From the NCBI GenBank assembly GCA_963749975.1, contig CAVVOZ010000014.1:961-64960 (forward strand): a stretch of DNA of 64,000 nucleotides, given 5' to 3'. How positions within the stretch are numbered: position 1 is the stretch's first letter; every line of letters begins with the position of its first letter. The stretch comes from an uncultured Candidatus Rokubacteria bacterium. Its GTDB lineage: Bacteria > Methylomirabilota > Methylomirabilia > Rokubacteriales > DASRDR01. The notes beneath the pieces were generated by a model. The model was not told the DNA's origin and made no database searches. It worked only from the letters and a program-made list of their open reading frames with translations. The position numbers were made by a program, and so were the translations under genes. Of the stretch, positions 28,926 through 39,883 are shown one piece after another.

Positions 28926-29689
28926 CTACGTGCGGGAGGCTGGCTCGGCGAGCGCGATCATGAGCGCCGCGACGGCCAGGGCCCGGCGCTCGTCCAGGGT
29001 GAGTCCTTCGGTGTTCCCCTCCCAGATATCGAACACCAGGGGCTCGCGGGCCTGGAGCGGCAGCCGCCCGCCTCCCTGAGGGAAGCGGAACCCGGTACGG
29101 CCCAGCGTGTGGACGTGCGTGTTGCTGGCGACCAGCGTCGATGCGTCGAGCTGGGTCGAGGGGGGCGGCAGCGCGGCCTGGCTCGGCGGCGCGGCCGCGA
29201 TGAGGCGCTCGTCAGCCCGCCGAAGCACCAGGCCGCCGAGACCGAAGAAGCGCCGGAGGTCCTCCAGCACGTTCTCGATCGGGGCTCGCGCCGGCGAGGC
29301 TCGCCGCGGTCCGGCCGAGCACCTCCAGCTCGCCCCGCGTCCGGCCGACCTGCTCCGCCGTGCGCACGCGCTGCTTTCCGAAGGCCGCGGCGATGAGGCC
29401 GCAGGCTGCGAGCGCGACGAACGCGGCGATGTCGCCGGGCTTGTCGATCTCGAGGGAGAGATACGGCTCGGTCAGGAAGAAGTTCAGGCTGAGGGCGGAC
29501 ACGACGGCCGTCGCCAGTCCGGGCCCTCGGCCGCCCATCTCGGCGACCACGATGGTCAGGGCGATGAACACGAAGGCGAGCGTCGACGCCGTCATGAGCG
29601 TCCGGAGCGGGGTGAGCAGCCACGCCGAGCGAGACCGCCCCGCCCACGCCGATGACGAACCACACCGCCCCTTGGTCGTCCTGGCTCAT
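28926..29689 (-). CDS. Second stand-alone DUF4118 protein, frameshifted (~29620, ~29290)
   Basis: MSQDDQGAVW.. / GLATAVVSALSLNFFLTEPYL / LEDLRRFF..DIWEG..DERRAL; paralog of 13451-14245. Confidence 0.8.
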
Positions 29690-29751
29690 GATCCACCTCG
29701 TTCCTAGGGGCGCCACGGATTCCTCTCGGCGACGAGCATAGGGGAGGGCTC

Positions 29752-29767
29752 ATCAAGAAACCGCAAA
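29752..29767 (-). promoter_or_regulatory. Putative KdpE box
   Basis: TTTGC-ggtttc-TTGAT, ~60 bp upstream of the DUF4118 start. Confidence 0.4.
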
Positions 29768-29867
29768 GCCCATGGCCGCGTCGTCAAGCTGGCATCAACG
29801 GAGGCCACCGGGCTGCCGGGCCGGCTCGAATCGCCGCGACCTCGCCCTCCGGTCCATCAGGGTCCCG

Positions 29868-30725
29868 CTACCCCTTGACGCTGCCGGCGGTGAGCCCCTC
29901 GACCATGTAGCGCTGGAGGTAGACGTAGGCGGCGATCACGGGCAGCGTCGTGAGGACGGCGCCCGCCATGAGGTAGCCCCATCCGTACACGTCGCCGGTG
30001 ATGAACGTGGAGAGCCCGACCGGGAGCGTCCGGAGCTTGACGTTGGTGATGAAGACCAGCGCGTAGAGGAACTCGTTCCAGGCCTGGGTGAAGGCGTAGA
30101 GGGCTGCCGCCAGGAGGCCCGGGGCCGCCAGCGGGAGCACCACGCGTCGGAACGCCCCGAAGCGCGTGGCGCCGTCGATCATCGCGGCCTCCTCGAGCTC
30201 CTCGGGGATCGACTCGAAGTAGCCCATGAGGAGCCACGTCACGAACGGGACCGTGAAGCTCGGGTACGTGACGATCAAGCCCGTGAGGCTGTCGGCCAGC
30301 CCGAGGTTGCGGATCTGCGCGTAGAGCGGGATGAAGAGGATCGACGGCGGCACCAGGTAGGTGATCAGGACCGCGCTCGCCATGAACGCGCGCCCGAGGA
30401 AGCGGAGGCGGGCCAGCGCGTACGCGCCGAGGGTCCCGATGGCGGTGGCCAGGAGCGTGCTGCTCACCGACACGGCGATGCTGTTCCGGTACCAGCCCAG
30501 GAACTCCGTCTTGCCGAGGAGGTGCGCGTAGTTCTCGCCGGCGAACGGGCTCGGCCAGAACATCGACGTCAGGCTCCGCATCTGCGTCTCGCCCTTGAAC
30601 GACGTGATCGTCATCCAGTAGAACGGGAACACGACGATGAGGAGCAGCGTCAGCAGGATCGCGTAGGAGACCGCGGACTGCAGGCGTTCCTGGGCGACGC
30701 GGCGCGGGCCGCCGATCCGGCTCAC
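29868..30725 (-). CDS. Carbohydrate ABC transporter permease (MalG-like)
   Basis: ELEEAAMIDGA, WNEFLYAL, GLTAGSVKG. Confidence 0.93.
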   Translation of the reverse strand: MSRIGGPRRVAQERLQSAVSYAILLTLLLIVVFPFYWMTITSFKGETQMRSLTSMFWPSPFAGENYAHLLGKTEFLGWYRNSIAVSVSSTLLATAIGTLGAYALARLRFLGRAFMASAVLITYLVPPSILFIPLYAQIRNLGLADSLTGLIVTYPSFTVPFVTWLLMGYFESIPEELEEAAMIDGATRFGAFRRVVLPLAAPGLLAAALYAFTQAWNEFLYALVFITNVKLRTLPVGLSTFITGDVYGWGYLMAGAVLTTLPVIAAYVYLQRYMVEGLTAGSVKG

Positions 30726-30735
30726 GGGGCGCCCC

Positions 30736-31696
30736 TCACCGCGCCCGGCCCCGCTGCATGTAGCGGGCGAGCACGATGATCACGAACGCGAGCGGCGGGA
30801 GGACGTACAGCGCCACCGCGATCGCCTCGCCCAGTCGCTGGGCGCCGAACGCGATCTCGTAGGTCAGCACCGGCAGCACCTGCGTGGCGCCGCCCGGCCC
30901 GCCCTTGGTGAGGATGTAGATGATCGTGAAGTCGTTGAACGTCCAGATCGTCGAGAGGAGCACGACGATGATCACGATGTTCCGGATGCCCGGGAGCGTG
31001 ACGTGCCGGAAGCGCTGGACGGCGGTGGCCCCGTCGACCGCCGCCGCCTCGTACAGCTCCCCCGGGACCGCCTTCATGCCGGCCAGGAAGCTGATCCCGA
31101 AGAACGGGAAGCCGCGCCACACGTTCACGGCGATGACCGACGCCATCGCGGTCCCGGGCTCGCTGAGCCAGCCGACGCCCTGCGGCAGGACGCGGAACAC
31201 CCGCACCAGGAGGTAGTTGAGCACGCCCAGGCTGTAGTCGTAGATCCACAGGAAGTTCAGCGCGGAGACCACCGTGGGCGCGACCCAGGGGATCAGCAGC
31301 ACCCCGGTCCAGAAGCCGCGCCAGCGGATGCGGGAGGTCAGCACCAGGGCCATGACCATGCCGAGGACGAGCTTCACGGCGACCGATGAGCCCGTGAAGA
31401 TGAGGCTGTTCGCCACCGCGCGCCGGAAGAAGCCGTCGAAGGTGAGCCGGACGTAGTTCTCCAGGCCGACGAACACGGGCGGCACGCCGACGTACTTGCG
31501 GGTCAGGCTGAGGTATACCGCGTAGACAGAAGGGGTAGGCAACCAGGACCAGGACGAGGACGACGATGGGCAGGACGAACAGGAAGCCCAGGCGGTAGTC
31601 GGGTCCGAGCCAGGGCGAGAGCCCGACGCGCCGCCGGGGCACCGGGCGCGCGAGCGCGGCGTCCTTCGAGGGCAGGCGCGCCGCGGTCGTGGCCAT
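30736..31696 (-). CDS. Carbohydrate ABC transporter permease (MalF-like), frameshift ~31530
   Basis: FVGLENY, LYEAAAVDGA, TKGGPG; N-terminus in another frame. Confidence 0.88.
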
Positions 31697-31715
31697 GGGG
31701 TCGACCGGCTCCCGC

Positions 31716-33085
31716 CTAGCCCCGGCTGCGGATCTTGTGGATCTCCTCCACGCGGGCGTGGGCTTCCTTGAGCGCCGCCTCGGCGGAGAGGCCGCCGACG
31801 ACGACGCGCCCGGCCATGTCGGTGAGGATCTTCTGGCCCTGGACCTCGGCCGCCGCCGGGGTCATCGGACCGGGATGGCCGAGTGTCACGCGCGCAGGAT
31901 GTTCTGGAGCATCGCGTCGAAGTTCGGGTCCGACTTCCAGTACGGATTGTCGACGCGCGACCCTGGTAGACCGGGCCGGCCTGGCCGACCGAGACCTGCA
32001 TGTACTCGGCGAAGCGCTTCTCGTCCTCGACCCAGCGGATGAGGTCCTCGGCGAGCTCGGCCTGCTGGCTCTTCTGGAAGATCGCCCAGTTGTAGCAGGA
32101 GGATCCGACGAAGCGAGCCCGCCGGCCCGCCCGGCGTCAGGATGCAGCAGCGTCTTCGGCGCCAGCTCGTGCTTCCGGTTCACCATGGCGAAGTAGAGGC
32201 TGGCGCCGTTGTTCGTCGTCACCAGCTTGCCGGCCATGTACGCCTCGTTGTTGGAGACGTCCGTCCAGCCCATGACGCCCGGCGGCTGGATCTTGTGCTT
32301 CTGGATGGTGTCGACGGCGAACTGGAGCGCCGCCGTGATTCTCCTTGAGGAAGCGCGTGGCCAGGGCGGGCTTGCCGTCCTTGTCCCAGACGCCCCCGCC
32401 GTAGTCCCAGCAGGATGTTCTGCATGAACCCGTCGCCGTCGTCCGAGCGGTTCAGCGTCTGGCCGAACCCCCAGAGGTCCTGCGAGGCGTCCTGGGTCTT
32501 CTTGGCGAACTCGACGACGTCGGGGTCGTACACCTTCGGCGGCTTGAGGCCCTTGGCCTCCATGATGTCCTTGCGGATGAAGAACACGGTCGTCATGGAG
32601 TAGCGCGCAACGGCCAGGAACTTCCCGTCGGACTTCATCAGCCGCTCGGCGAACGGCAGGAGCCCGCCGCGCGCCCCGGCGATCTCGCCGGCGACCTTGC
32701 TGACGTCGCGCAGGGCCGGCCGGTACCGCATGGGGCCGTAGACGTTCATCTCGGCGAGATCCGGCGGGTTGCCGGCCTCGATCGCCGCGACGAACTTCTG
32801 CTCCCGATCCCCGAAGGTGGCCCAGTCGAGCTCGACGTCGACGTTCCGCTCCTTCGCCCACGCCTCGACGTGCTTGGCCAGCACGTCGTTGCCGGCGGTG
32901 ACGAAGCTCTTGAACAGCCAGACGCGGAGCTTGGGCCGCGCCTGGGCGCTGGCCATCGACCGCAGGGTGTGGAGGCCGGCGGCGGTGCCGCCGGTGACGA
33001 GCGCCGCGCGACGCAGGAACTCGCGCCGGGCGATCAAGCCCGCATCGAGCTTTTCGGCAGCTTCGCAGAGACGCGGGTCGGTCAT
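31716..33085 (-). CDS. Tat-exported sugar ABC substrate-binding protein, several frameshifts
   Basis: ARREFL Tat motif, AAIEAGNPPD, WTDVSNNEAYMAGK; homologous segments in three frames. Confidence 0.82.
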
Positions 33086-33180
33086 GGTCGCCTCCCTGGG
33101 TGGTGGGTGGTCGAACGACGACACAGCGAGTCTAGGCGGGGCGACGGAGGCCGGTCAAGCAGCGTCCGGCCGGGCGGCGG

Positions 33181-34573
33181 TCAGGCCGGGCGCGTGCGGG
33201 TCCGCAGATGGAAGCTCTTCGGGCGCGTCAGGTGGCCGAAGCCGAGGTGGGAGAGCGAGCAGCCCCTTGCCGCTGTCCTTGACCCCCACCCAGGGCAGGA
33301 GGGGGTCGAGGTAGTCACAGCGGTTGGCGTAGACCGTGCCGGCGTCGAGCTCCGACATCACGCGGGTGGCGCGGTCCATGTCCTGAGTCCATACCGACGC
33401 GGTCAGGCCGTAGGGGCTGTCGTTCATCAGGCGCACCGCCTCGGCATCGTCGCGCACCGGCATGATCCCCACGGCGGGTCCGAAGGTCTCCTCCCACATC
33501 ACCTTCATGCCGTGGTTCACCTCGGTCAGGACGGCCGGCTCGCAGAAGTAGCCGCGGCCCCGCCAGGGAGTGCCTCCGGTCAGGACGCGGGCCCCGGCCG
33601 CGCGGGCTTCCGCCACGTGCTGCTCGACCAGGGCGGCGCCCTTCCGGTGGGCCAGCGGCCCGAGCGTGGTCGCGGGGTCCTCCGGATCGCCCATCCGGTA
33701 CTGCCGGACGAGCGTGACGGCGGCGTCGACGAAGCGGTCGTAGAGCGGCCGGGCGACGTAGACGCGCTCGATGCCGCAGCAGCTCTGTCCCGCGTTGTAG
33801 AAGGCGCCGTCGACCACGTTCTCCACCGCGAAGTCGAAGTCGGCGTCCTCGCAGACGTACGCGGGGTCCTTCCCGCCGAGCTCGAGACCTGCGTCGATGA
33901 AGCGGTGGGCGACCTGGCCGTAGACCTCGCGGCCGCCCGCGACCGAGCCGGTGAACGAGACGTAGTCCACCTGTCCCGAGCGGATGAGCGCCGCGGTCGT
34001 CTCGTGGTCGAGCGTCACCGCCGCGACGAGGCCGGCCGGCACCTCGGTGCGGGCGAAGGCGTCGGCGAAGTGACCGCCGCACAGCGGCGTCAGCCGGGCG
34101 TGCTTGACCAGCACCGCGTTCCCCGAGAGCAGGGCCGGCACGATCACGTTGACGGCGATCAGCAGCGGGTAGTTCCAGGCGGCGATGTCCAGCACGACTC
34201 CCAGCGGCTCGTGGCGGATGAACCGCTCGAACCCCGCCTTGGGCGGGAGCGGCTCGTCGGCCAGGGCGGCCTCCGCCAGCCGGCACATGGTCTCCGCGCG
34301 ATCGATCATGGTCGCGATCTCGTTCTTGGCCTGCTGGAGGGGCTTGCCCATCTGGCGGGTGATGTCGAGCGCCACCTGGTCGGCCATGGCCCGGAAGGCG
34401 GGAACCATCTGGCCCACGAGGCGCACGCGCTCGGCGACCGGCGTCCGGCGCCAGTCCCGCTGGACCGCGCGCGCCCGCGCGGCGACGGCCTCGAGCTCCG
34501 AGGGGGTGGTGTAGGCGACCTCGCGGAGCGGCGCCTCGGTGGCGGGGTTGATCAGCGTGTAGCGCGTCGGCAC
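33181..34573 (-). CDS. Aldehyde dehydrogenase family protein (frameshift near the C-terminus)
   Basis: INPAT, AWNYP, FTGS, LELGGKDP, NAGQSCC, EETFGP, GVKDSG. Confidence 0.92.
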
Positions 34574-35056
34574 GGGGGCGAGCTTACCGCCGTGACGTGG
34601 GTGCCGACAAGCCCGCGTCGCAGCGGCGCGTCCACGGCGTCTTGCCGGCCTCCTCGTGGTTATGTATGCTTCTTCAAGCATATTATGCGACGATCGACTA
34701 CCGCGCCTGGAAGACGCGCCGGAACTCCTTCTCGACCACCCGATCCACCCTTCGCCGGAGCGCGCGGCAGTGCGCGAGGAGCTGACGGGCCTCGCGGAAC
34801 GCAGAGCGCGCGATTCGGATCGGGCTCGCGGCATTGATCCGCCGTCGGCCGATCCTCGGGGATCCGGGACTCAGGCGGGTAGGGGGAGCGCGGCCCATCG
34901 CGCGGGAGGAGCGTCTGACCCGGCAGGACGTCCAGAGGCGGCCGCGGAGGCGTTGGAGCGGGCGCGACGAACGAGGCCGCTTCGCCCCGGCGGAGCATCT
35001 GGTAGGATCAGCCGGCGGCTTGCTGCGCCGAGACGGCATGCCCCAGGGGGAGACGC

Positions 35057-35923
35057 GTGCGACGGTTTGACCTCGTGATGCCGAAGAGCGTGGATGAGTG
35101 CGTCCGGGCGCTGGTCGAGCGCGGACCGGACGCCAAGCTGGTGGCCGGCGGGACGGACCTTCTCCCTCAGCTGAAGAACGCCATGCTGCGAGCCGGTTGC
35201 GTGGTCGACCTGTCCGGGGTCGGTCAGCTCCGGCAGCTCGCGCGCGCCAACGGCGCCGGTCTCCGGATCGGGGCCGCGGTCACCGCGCGCACGCTCGAGC
35301 GCGATCCTGGCGTCCGGGCGGCCTACCCCGCGATTGCGGAGAGCGGCGCGCTGGTCGGATCCGTCCAGATCCGGAACCTGGCGACGCTTGGCGGCAATCT
35401 GTGCAACGCGGCGCCGTCGGCCGACATGGCGCCGCCCCTCCTGGCCCTGGACGCGGAGGCGGTGATCGCGGGGCCCCGAGGGACGCGCCGGGTTCCGTTC
35501 GCCTCGTTCTTCGTCGGCGTGCGCCGCACGGTGCTCGCGCCCGACGAGCTGCTCGTCGAGATCGTCGTCCCCGCTCACGGGCCGCGCAGCGGCGGGAACT
35601 ACCGGCGCCACACGCCCCGGCGCGAGCTGGACATCGCGGTCGTGGGAGTCGCGTCCCAGCTCACGCTGTCGAACGGGGTCTGCGCGAAGGCGCGGGTCGC
35701 CCTCGCTGCGGTGGCGCCCACGCCCGTCCGGGCCGCGGCGGCGGAGCAGGCGCTGGAGGGGCGGCCCGTCACCCCCGAGCTGATCGAGCGCGCCGCCGCG
35801 CTCGCGGTCGAGGCGGCCCGGCCGATCAGCGACCAGCGGGGCTCCGCCGATTTTCGCCGTCACCTGGTCCAGGTCCTGACCCGCCGCACGCTCACCACGG
35901 CCCTCGCGCGCGCGGGCGGCTAA
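35057..35923 (+). CDS. Xanthine dehydrogenase/CoxM-family FAD subunit
   Basis: AGGTDL, QIRNLATLGGN, SPSAD-like APSAD, ISDQRGS. Confidence 0.93.
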   Translation: MRRFDLVMPKSVDECVRALVERGPDAKLVAGGTDLLPQLKNAMLRAGCVVDLSGVGQLRQLARANGAGLRIGAAVTARTLERDPGVRAAYPAIAESGALVGSVQIRNLATLGGNLCNAAPSADMAPPLLALDAEAVIAGPRGTRRVPFASFFVGVRRTVLAPDELLVEIVVPAHGPRSGGNYRRHTPRRELDIAVVGVASQLTLSNGVCAKARVALAAVAPTPVRAAAAEQALEGRPVTPELIERAAALAVEAARPISDQRGSADFRRHLVQVLTRRTLTTALARAGG

Positions 35924-35945
35924 CGATCCCCGGAGGAACCGCCAC

Positions 35946-36419
35946 GTGCCCAAGCAGGTTCTCGGCTGCACGGTGAATGGAGAGCGAGTGGAGGTGCTCG
36001 TCCAGCCTTACGAGACCTTGCTGGACGCGCTCCGCGAAGGGCTCGGCCTCACCGGGCCCAAGGAGGGGTGCGGGACCGGTGACTGCGGGGCGTGCACGGT
36101 CCATCTGGATGGCCAGCCGGTCGCGAGCTGCCTCATCCTGGCCATGCAAGCCCGCGGGCACTCGGTCCTGACGATCGAGGGCCTGGGCAAGCAGGGGGCG
36201 CTTCACCCGCTGCAGGACGCCTTCGTGCGCCACGGCGTGCCCCAGTGCGGGTTCTGCATTCCGGGCGTCCTGATGGCGGCCGCGGCTCTGCTGGCCGAGA
36301 CGCCGCACCCCACGGAAGACGAGATCCGCTACGGTATCGCCGGCAACCTCTGCCGGTGCACCGGCTACACGAAAATGCTGGCCGCGATCGACGAGGCCGC
36401 GCACGCGACGCGGACGTAA
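35946..36419 (+). CDS. CoxS-family [2Fe-2S] subunit
   Basis: GCGTGDCGACT, QCGFC, NLCRCTGY. Confidence 0.95.
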   Translation: MPKQVLGCTVNGERVEVLVQPYETLLDALREGLGLTGPKEGCGTGDCGACTVHLDGQPVASCLILAMQARGHSVLTIEGLGKQGALHPLQDAFVRHGVPQCGFCIPGVLMAAAALLAETPHPTEDEIRYGIAGNLCRCTGYTKMLAAIDEAAHATRT

Positions 36420-36435
36420 GGGGAGCTGACGAGCC

Positions 36436-38781
36436 ATGGCGATGAAGACCACGCGCGAAGTGAAGGGGGTCGGGCTCTCCATTCCGCGACCGGACGGGCC
36501 GGAGAAGGTGACGGGCCAGGTCCAGTACGTGGCCGATCTCAAGCCCCGCGGGCTCCTTCACGCGAAGCTCCTGCGAAGCCCCCACGCTCACGCCCGCATC
36601 CTCCGGATCGACGCGAGCCGCGCCCGGGCGCTGCCCGGCGTGCGGGCCGTCCTGACGGCCGCGGACATCCCCGAGCTCAAGCGCAAGGCGCCGACCCGGG
36701 CGCACGCGGTGCTCGCCATCGACCGTGCGATCTTCTCCGGCCAGCCCGTGGCCGCCGTGGCCGCGGACGAGCTGGCGATCGCGGAGGAGGCGCTCGACCT
36801 GATCGAGGTGGTGTACGAGGTGCTGCCGGTCGCGGTCGACCCCTTGCGGTCGATGCAGCCAGGGGCGCCGCCGGTGGCGGACGCGGGGACCGAAGCGGAC
36901 ACGAGCGAGGCGCTGGCGCATTCCGGGGTGGCGGCGGCCAAGGGCGATGCCGAGCCGGCCCGCGCCGTCAACGTGGCGCAGCAGGCCCACCTCCACCGGG
37001 GGGACGTGGCCAAGGGCTTCGCCGAGTCCGACCTCGTGCTCGAGAGCACCTACCGGGTGCCGATGGTCCACCAGGGCTACCTGGAGGCCCACGCCGTGCT
37101 GGCACAGTGGGACAGCAACGGGCTGCTCACGATCTGGGCGAGCACGCAGGGGTCCTTCAACACGCGCTCGGAGGTGGCCGACGTGCTCGGGATCCCGGAG
37201 AACCGGATCCGGGTGATCCCGATGGAGTGCGGCGGCGGATTCGGCGGCAAGATCCGCGCGCTGTGCGAGCCCATCACCGCGATCCTGGCTCGCGCCACCG
37301 GCCGCCCGGTCCGTTACGTGATGACGCGGCGGGAAGAGCTCGAGGCCGGCATGCCCGCGCCCCAGGTCATCATCCGGCTCAAGACCGGGGTCAAGCGGGA
37401 CGGCACCCTCGCTGGCGCTGGAGGCGGAGACCATCCTGGACTCCGGCTCGATCTCGGGCGCCGTCCTGACGATGAGCCTGGTGTTCCTCGGGAGCCTGTA
37501 CAAGTGGCCGAGCTTCGACGTCCGCGGCTTCGAGGTGCTGACGCACAAGCCGAGCGTCGCCGCCTACCGGGCGCCCACCGCGCCCCAGACCATCTTCGCC
37601 ATCGACTCCCACATGGAGGAGATCGCCCGCCGGCTCGGGCTCGATCCGGTCGAGTTCCGGCTCCGGCACCTCATGCAAGAGGGCGATCCCATGGCCAACG
37701 GCCAGCCGTGGCAGAGCAACGGGGCGAAGGAGGTGCTGCGCCGGCTCGCCGAGCATCCGCTGTGGAAAGACCCGCGGGGAGTGGGCGGCCAGCGGCGGCA
37801 AGAACGGACACGGGCTGCGCGGCACGGGGCTGGCGGTCGGGGGCTGGATCCCGGGGCTCCAGCCCACGGGCGCCACGGTCCGGCTCAATCCGGATGGGTC
37901 GCTTGCAGGTCCTCACCGGCCAGGTCGACATCGCCGGCACGAACATCGGGCTGGCGCAGATCGCCGCGTCCGCCTTCGGGGTGGACGTCGACCGGGTCCG
38001 CATCACGACCGGGGATACCGACAGCGCGCCGCTCACCGGCCTCAGCGCGGGCAGCAAGACGATCTACACGGTCGGCGCCGCGGTGATGCAGGCGGCGGAG
38101 GATGCCCGCCGTCAGACGCTCGAGATCGCCGCGTCCGAGATGGAGGCGGCCGTCCACGACCTCGAGATCGAGGACGGCCGGGTGACGGTTCGCGGCGTGC
38201 CCAGCCGCTCGATCACGCTGGCCCAGATCGGGAAGAAGGGCAATCTCTACATGTCGAAGGTGCCGCCGGTGCTCGGCGTGAGCCACATCGCGTTCGCGGT
38301 GCAGGCCCCCGCCTTCGCCGCCCAGCTCGCCAGGGTCGAGGTGGACCCGGATACCGGGGAGCTCACGCTCCACGAGTTCGTGGTGGTCCAGGACGCCGGC
38401 AAGGCGATCAATCCGCTCGGCGTCGAGGGCCAGATGCAGGGCGGCGCCGTCCAGAGCCTCGGGTTCGCCCTCACGGAGGGCCTTCTCTTCGACGAGAAGG
38501 GGCGGCTCACGAATCCGAGCCTGCTCGACTACCGGAAGCTCACCGCGGCCGACCTCCCGAAGATCGAGACGATCATCGTCGAGGTGCCCTCGCCGGCCGG
38601 CCCCTTCGGGGCCCGCGGCGTCGGCGAGCCCCCTATCGTGCCCGCGCCAGCGGCCATCGCCAACGCGGTCGTCGACGCGACCGGCGCGCGGATCACGGAG
38701 CTGCCCATCACGCCCGAGCGGATCGCCATGGCGCTGGTGGCAAGTCAGCACCGTGCCGGTCAGGGTGGTGCCCGACCGTAA
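36436..38781 (+). CDS. Mo-hydroxylase large subunit (CoxL/XdhA family); internal indels ~37410-37900 compensate overall
   Basis: KVTG, GGGFGGK, AYRAP (alternate frame), GQMQGG, GARGVGEP. Confidence 0.9.
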   Translation: MAMKTTREVKGVGLSIPRPDGPEKVTGQVQYVADLKPRGLLHAKLLRSPHAHARILRIDASRARALPGVRAVLTAADIPELKRKAPTRAHAVLAIDRAIFSGQPVAAVAADELAIAEEALDLIEVVYEVLPVAVDPLRSMQPGAPPVADAGTEADTSEALAHSGVAAAKGDAEPARAVNVAQQAHLHRGDVAKGFAESDLVLESTYRVPMVHQGYLEAHAVLAQWDSNGLLTIWASTQGSFNTRSEVADVLGIPENRIRVIPMECGGGFGGKIRALCEPITAILARATGRPVRYVMTRREELEAGMPAPQVIIRLKTGVKRDGTLAGAGGGDHPGLRLDLGRRPDDEPGVPREPVQVAELRRPRLRGADAQAERRRLPGAHRAPDHLRHRLPHGGDRPPARARSGRVPAPAPHARGRSHGQRPAVAEQRGEGGAAPARRASAVERPAGSGRPAAARTDTGCAARGWRSGAGSRGSSPRAPRSGSIRMGRLQVLTGQVDIAGTNIGLAQIAASAFGVDVDRVRITTGDTDSAPLTGLSAGSKTIYTVGAAVMQAAEDARRQTLEIAASEMEAAVHDLEIEDGRVTVRGVPSRSITLAQIGKKGNLYMSKVPPVLGVSHIAFAVQAPAFAAQLARVEVDPDTGELTLHEFVVVQDAGKAINPLGVEGQMQGGAVQSLGFALTEGLLFDEKGRLTNPSLLDYRKLTAADLPKIETIIVEVPSPAGPFGARGVGEPPIVPAPAAIANAVVDATGARITELPITPERIAMALVASQHRAGQGGARP

Positions 38782-38784
38782 CGC

Positions 38785-39183
38785 TCAGAGGACGGTCTGG
38801 GCCTCACGGGCCAACGCGCGTGCCCGAGCCACGTTCCCCAGCCGCATGTAGAGCCGTATCAGGATCAGACGAAGCGTCGCTGCCTCGCACTGCAACTGCA
38901 AGGCATCCGTCAAGCCCACGGCTCGCCGCGCGTGATGCGAGACAAGACGGAGAGCGATCTCGAGGTGTTTGACGGCCGGCCCAACCCGCCCCCGGGCGAG
39001 CTGCCGTAGGCCCAGGAGGCGGTGGGCGGTCTCATCCTCTGGCCTTCGGCGCACCTGCTCGGAGAGTGCGGTAACCGCGGTCTCGTTCGGTCCGACGCCC
39101 GCGCATGGCAGCCCTGCCGTGACGGTGTGCCCCTGTCCGTGCCCCTGGTCGCCGGCACCCGTGGCCGCGGACAGCGCCGCCAT
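38785..39183 (-). CDS. Hypothetical TPR-like protein
   Basis: Helical repeats (RRPEDETAHRLLG..AVKHLE; LIRLYMRLG..ARALA). Confidence 0.4.
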   Translation of the reverse strand: MAALSAATGAGDQGHGQGHTVTAGLPCAGVGPNETAVTALSEQVRRRPEDETAHRLLGLRQLARGRVGPAVKHLEIALRLVSHHARRAVGLTDALQLQCEAATLRLILIRLYMRLGNVARARALAREAQTVL

Positions 39184-39492
39184 GTACTCGCACCAGGTGA
39201 TCGAGGCGCTCAGCTCGACCCGGGTGGCCCCAGGGGTTCGCGGGAAATGGAATCCCACCCGAGATACCCGGTGGCTACGGCCTGCCAGGACGCGGGCCGC
39301 GACGGCGCGAGCCTCGCCTCGCAGCGTCGGGCGAGTCAGTCCACGTGAACCCGACGGCGATCGCCCTCGCCGGCCGGGGGCCACGCGAGGTCTGGTGGCT
39401 CCGCTCTACTCTCGGCACGCCCATGCCTCTCCAGTGTCGACGCGCCACCCTGACCGTCAGGTCACCTCACCGGCCTCGATGGCACCATTATG

Positions 39493-39520
39493 TTGACATA
39501 TTAGACTATGACAATACAAT
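39493..39520 (+). promoter_or_regulatory. Sigma70 promoter of the ArsR-ehr operon with overlapping palindromes
   Basis: TTGACA-16nt-TACAAT in an AT-rich patch; TATGT-TG-ACATA and CATA-N6-TATG inverted repeats. Confidence 0.7.
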
Positions 39521-39528
39521 CATGCTCC

Positions 39529-39882
39529 GTGGGCGCTAACCAGGCAACTGGCGAGCTGCAGGCGTTCAAGGCGCGGTTCTTCAAGGCGCTCGCTCACCCG
39601 ATCCGGATCCGGCTCGTCGAGCTCCTGGTGGAGCGCGATCGAACCGTGCAGGAGCTCCAGACCGTCCTGACGCTCGACCAGTCGAGCGTGTCCCAGCACC
39701 TGGCGGTGCTGCGCACGAACCACGTGGTGACGGCGCGCAAGCAAGGCACCACGGTCCGGTACGCCCTGCGCGACCCTCTGGTTGACGACCTCCTCCGGGT
39801 CGCGCGCCGGATCTTCAGCAGCCAGCTCACCGGAACGCAGGACATGCTCCGCGAGCTCAAGCGCGAGCACCGGCGGGGCTGA
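39529..39882 (+). CDS. ArsR/SmtB family regulator (Rv0081-like)
   Basis: FKALAHPIRIRLVELL, SSVSQHLAVLR, GTTVRY. Confidence 0.92.
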   Translation: MGANQATGELQAFKARFFKALAHPIRIRLVELLVERDRTVQELQTVLTLDQSSVSQHLAVLRTNHVVTARKQGTTVRYALRDPLVDDLLRVARRIFSSQLTGTQDMLRELKREHRRG

Positions 39883-39883
39883 C

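Noticed and set aside
34597-35050. Small ORFs between the ALDH and coxM-like genes
   Set aside because: No recognisable motif, RBS or consistent frame.
36436-38781. Aerobic CO dehydrogenase (coxL)
   Set aside because: The active-site loop reads AYRAP, not AYxCSFR or AYxGAGR; this is a generic Mo-hydroxylase.
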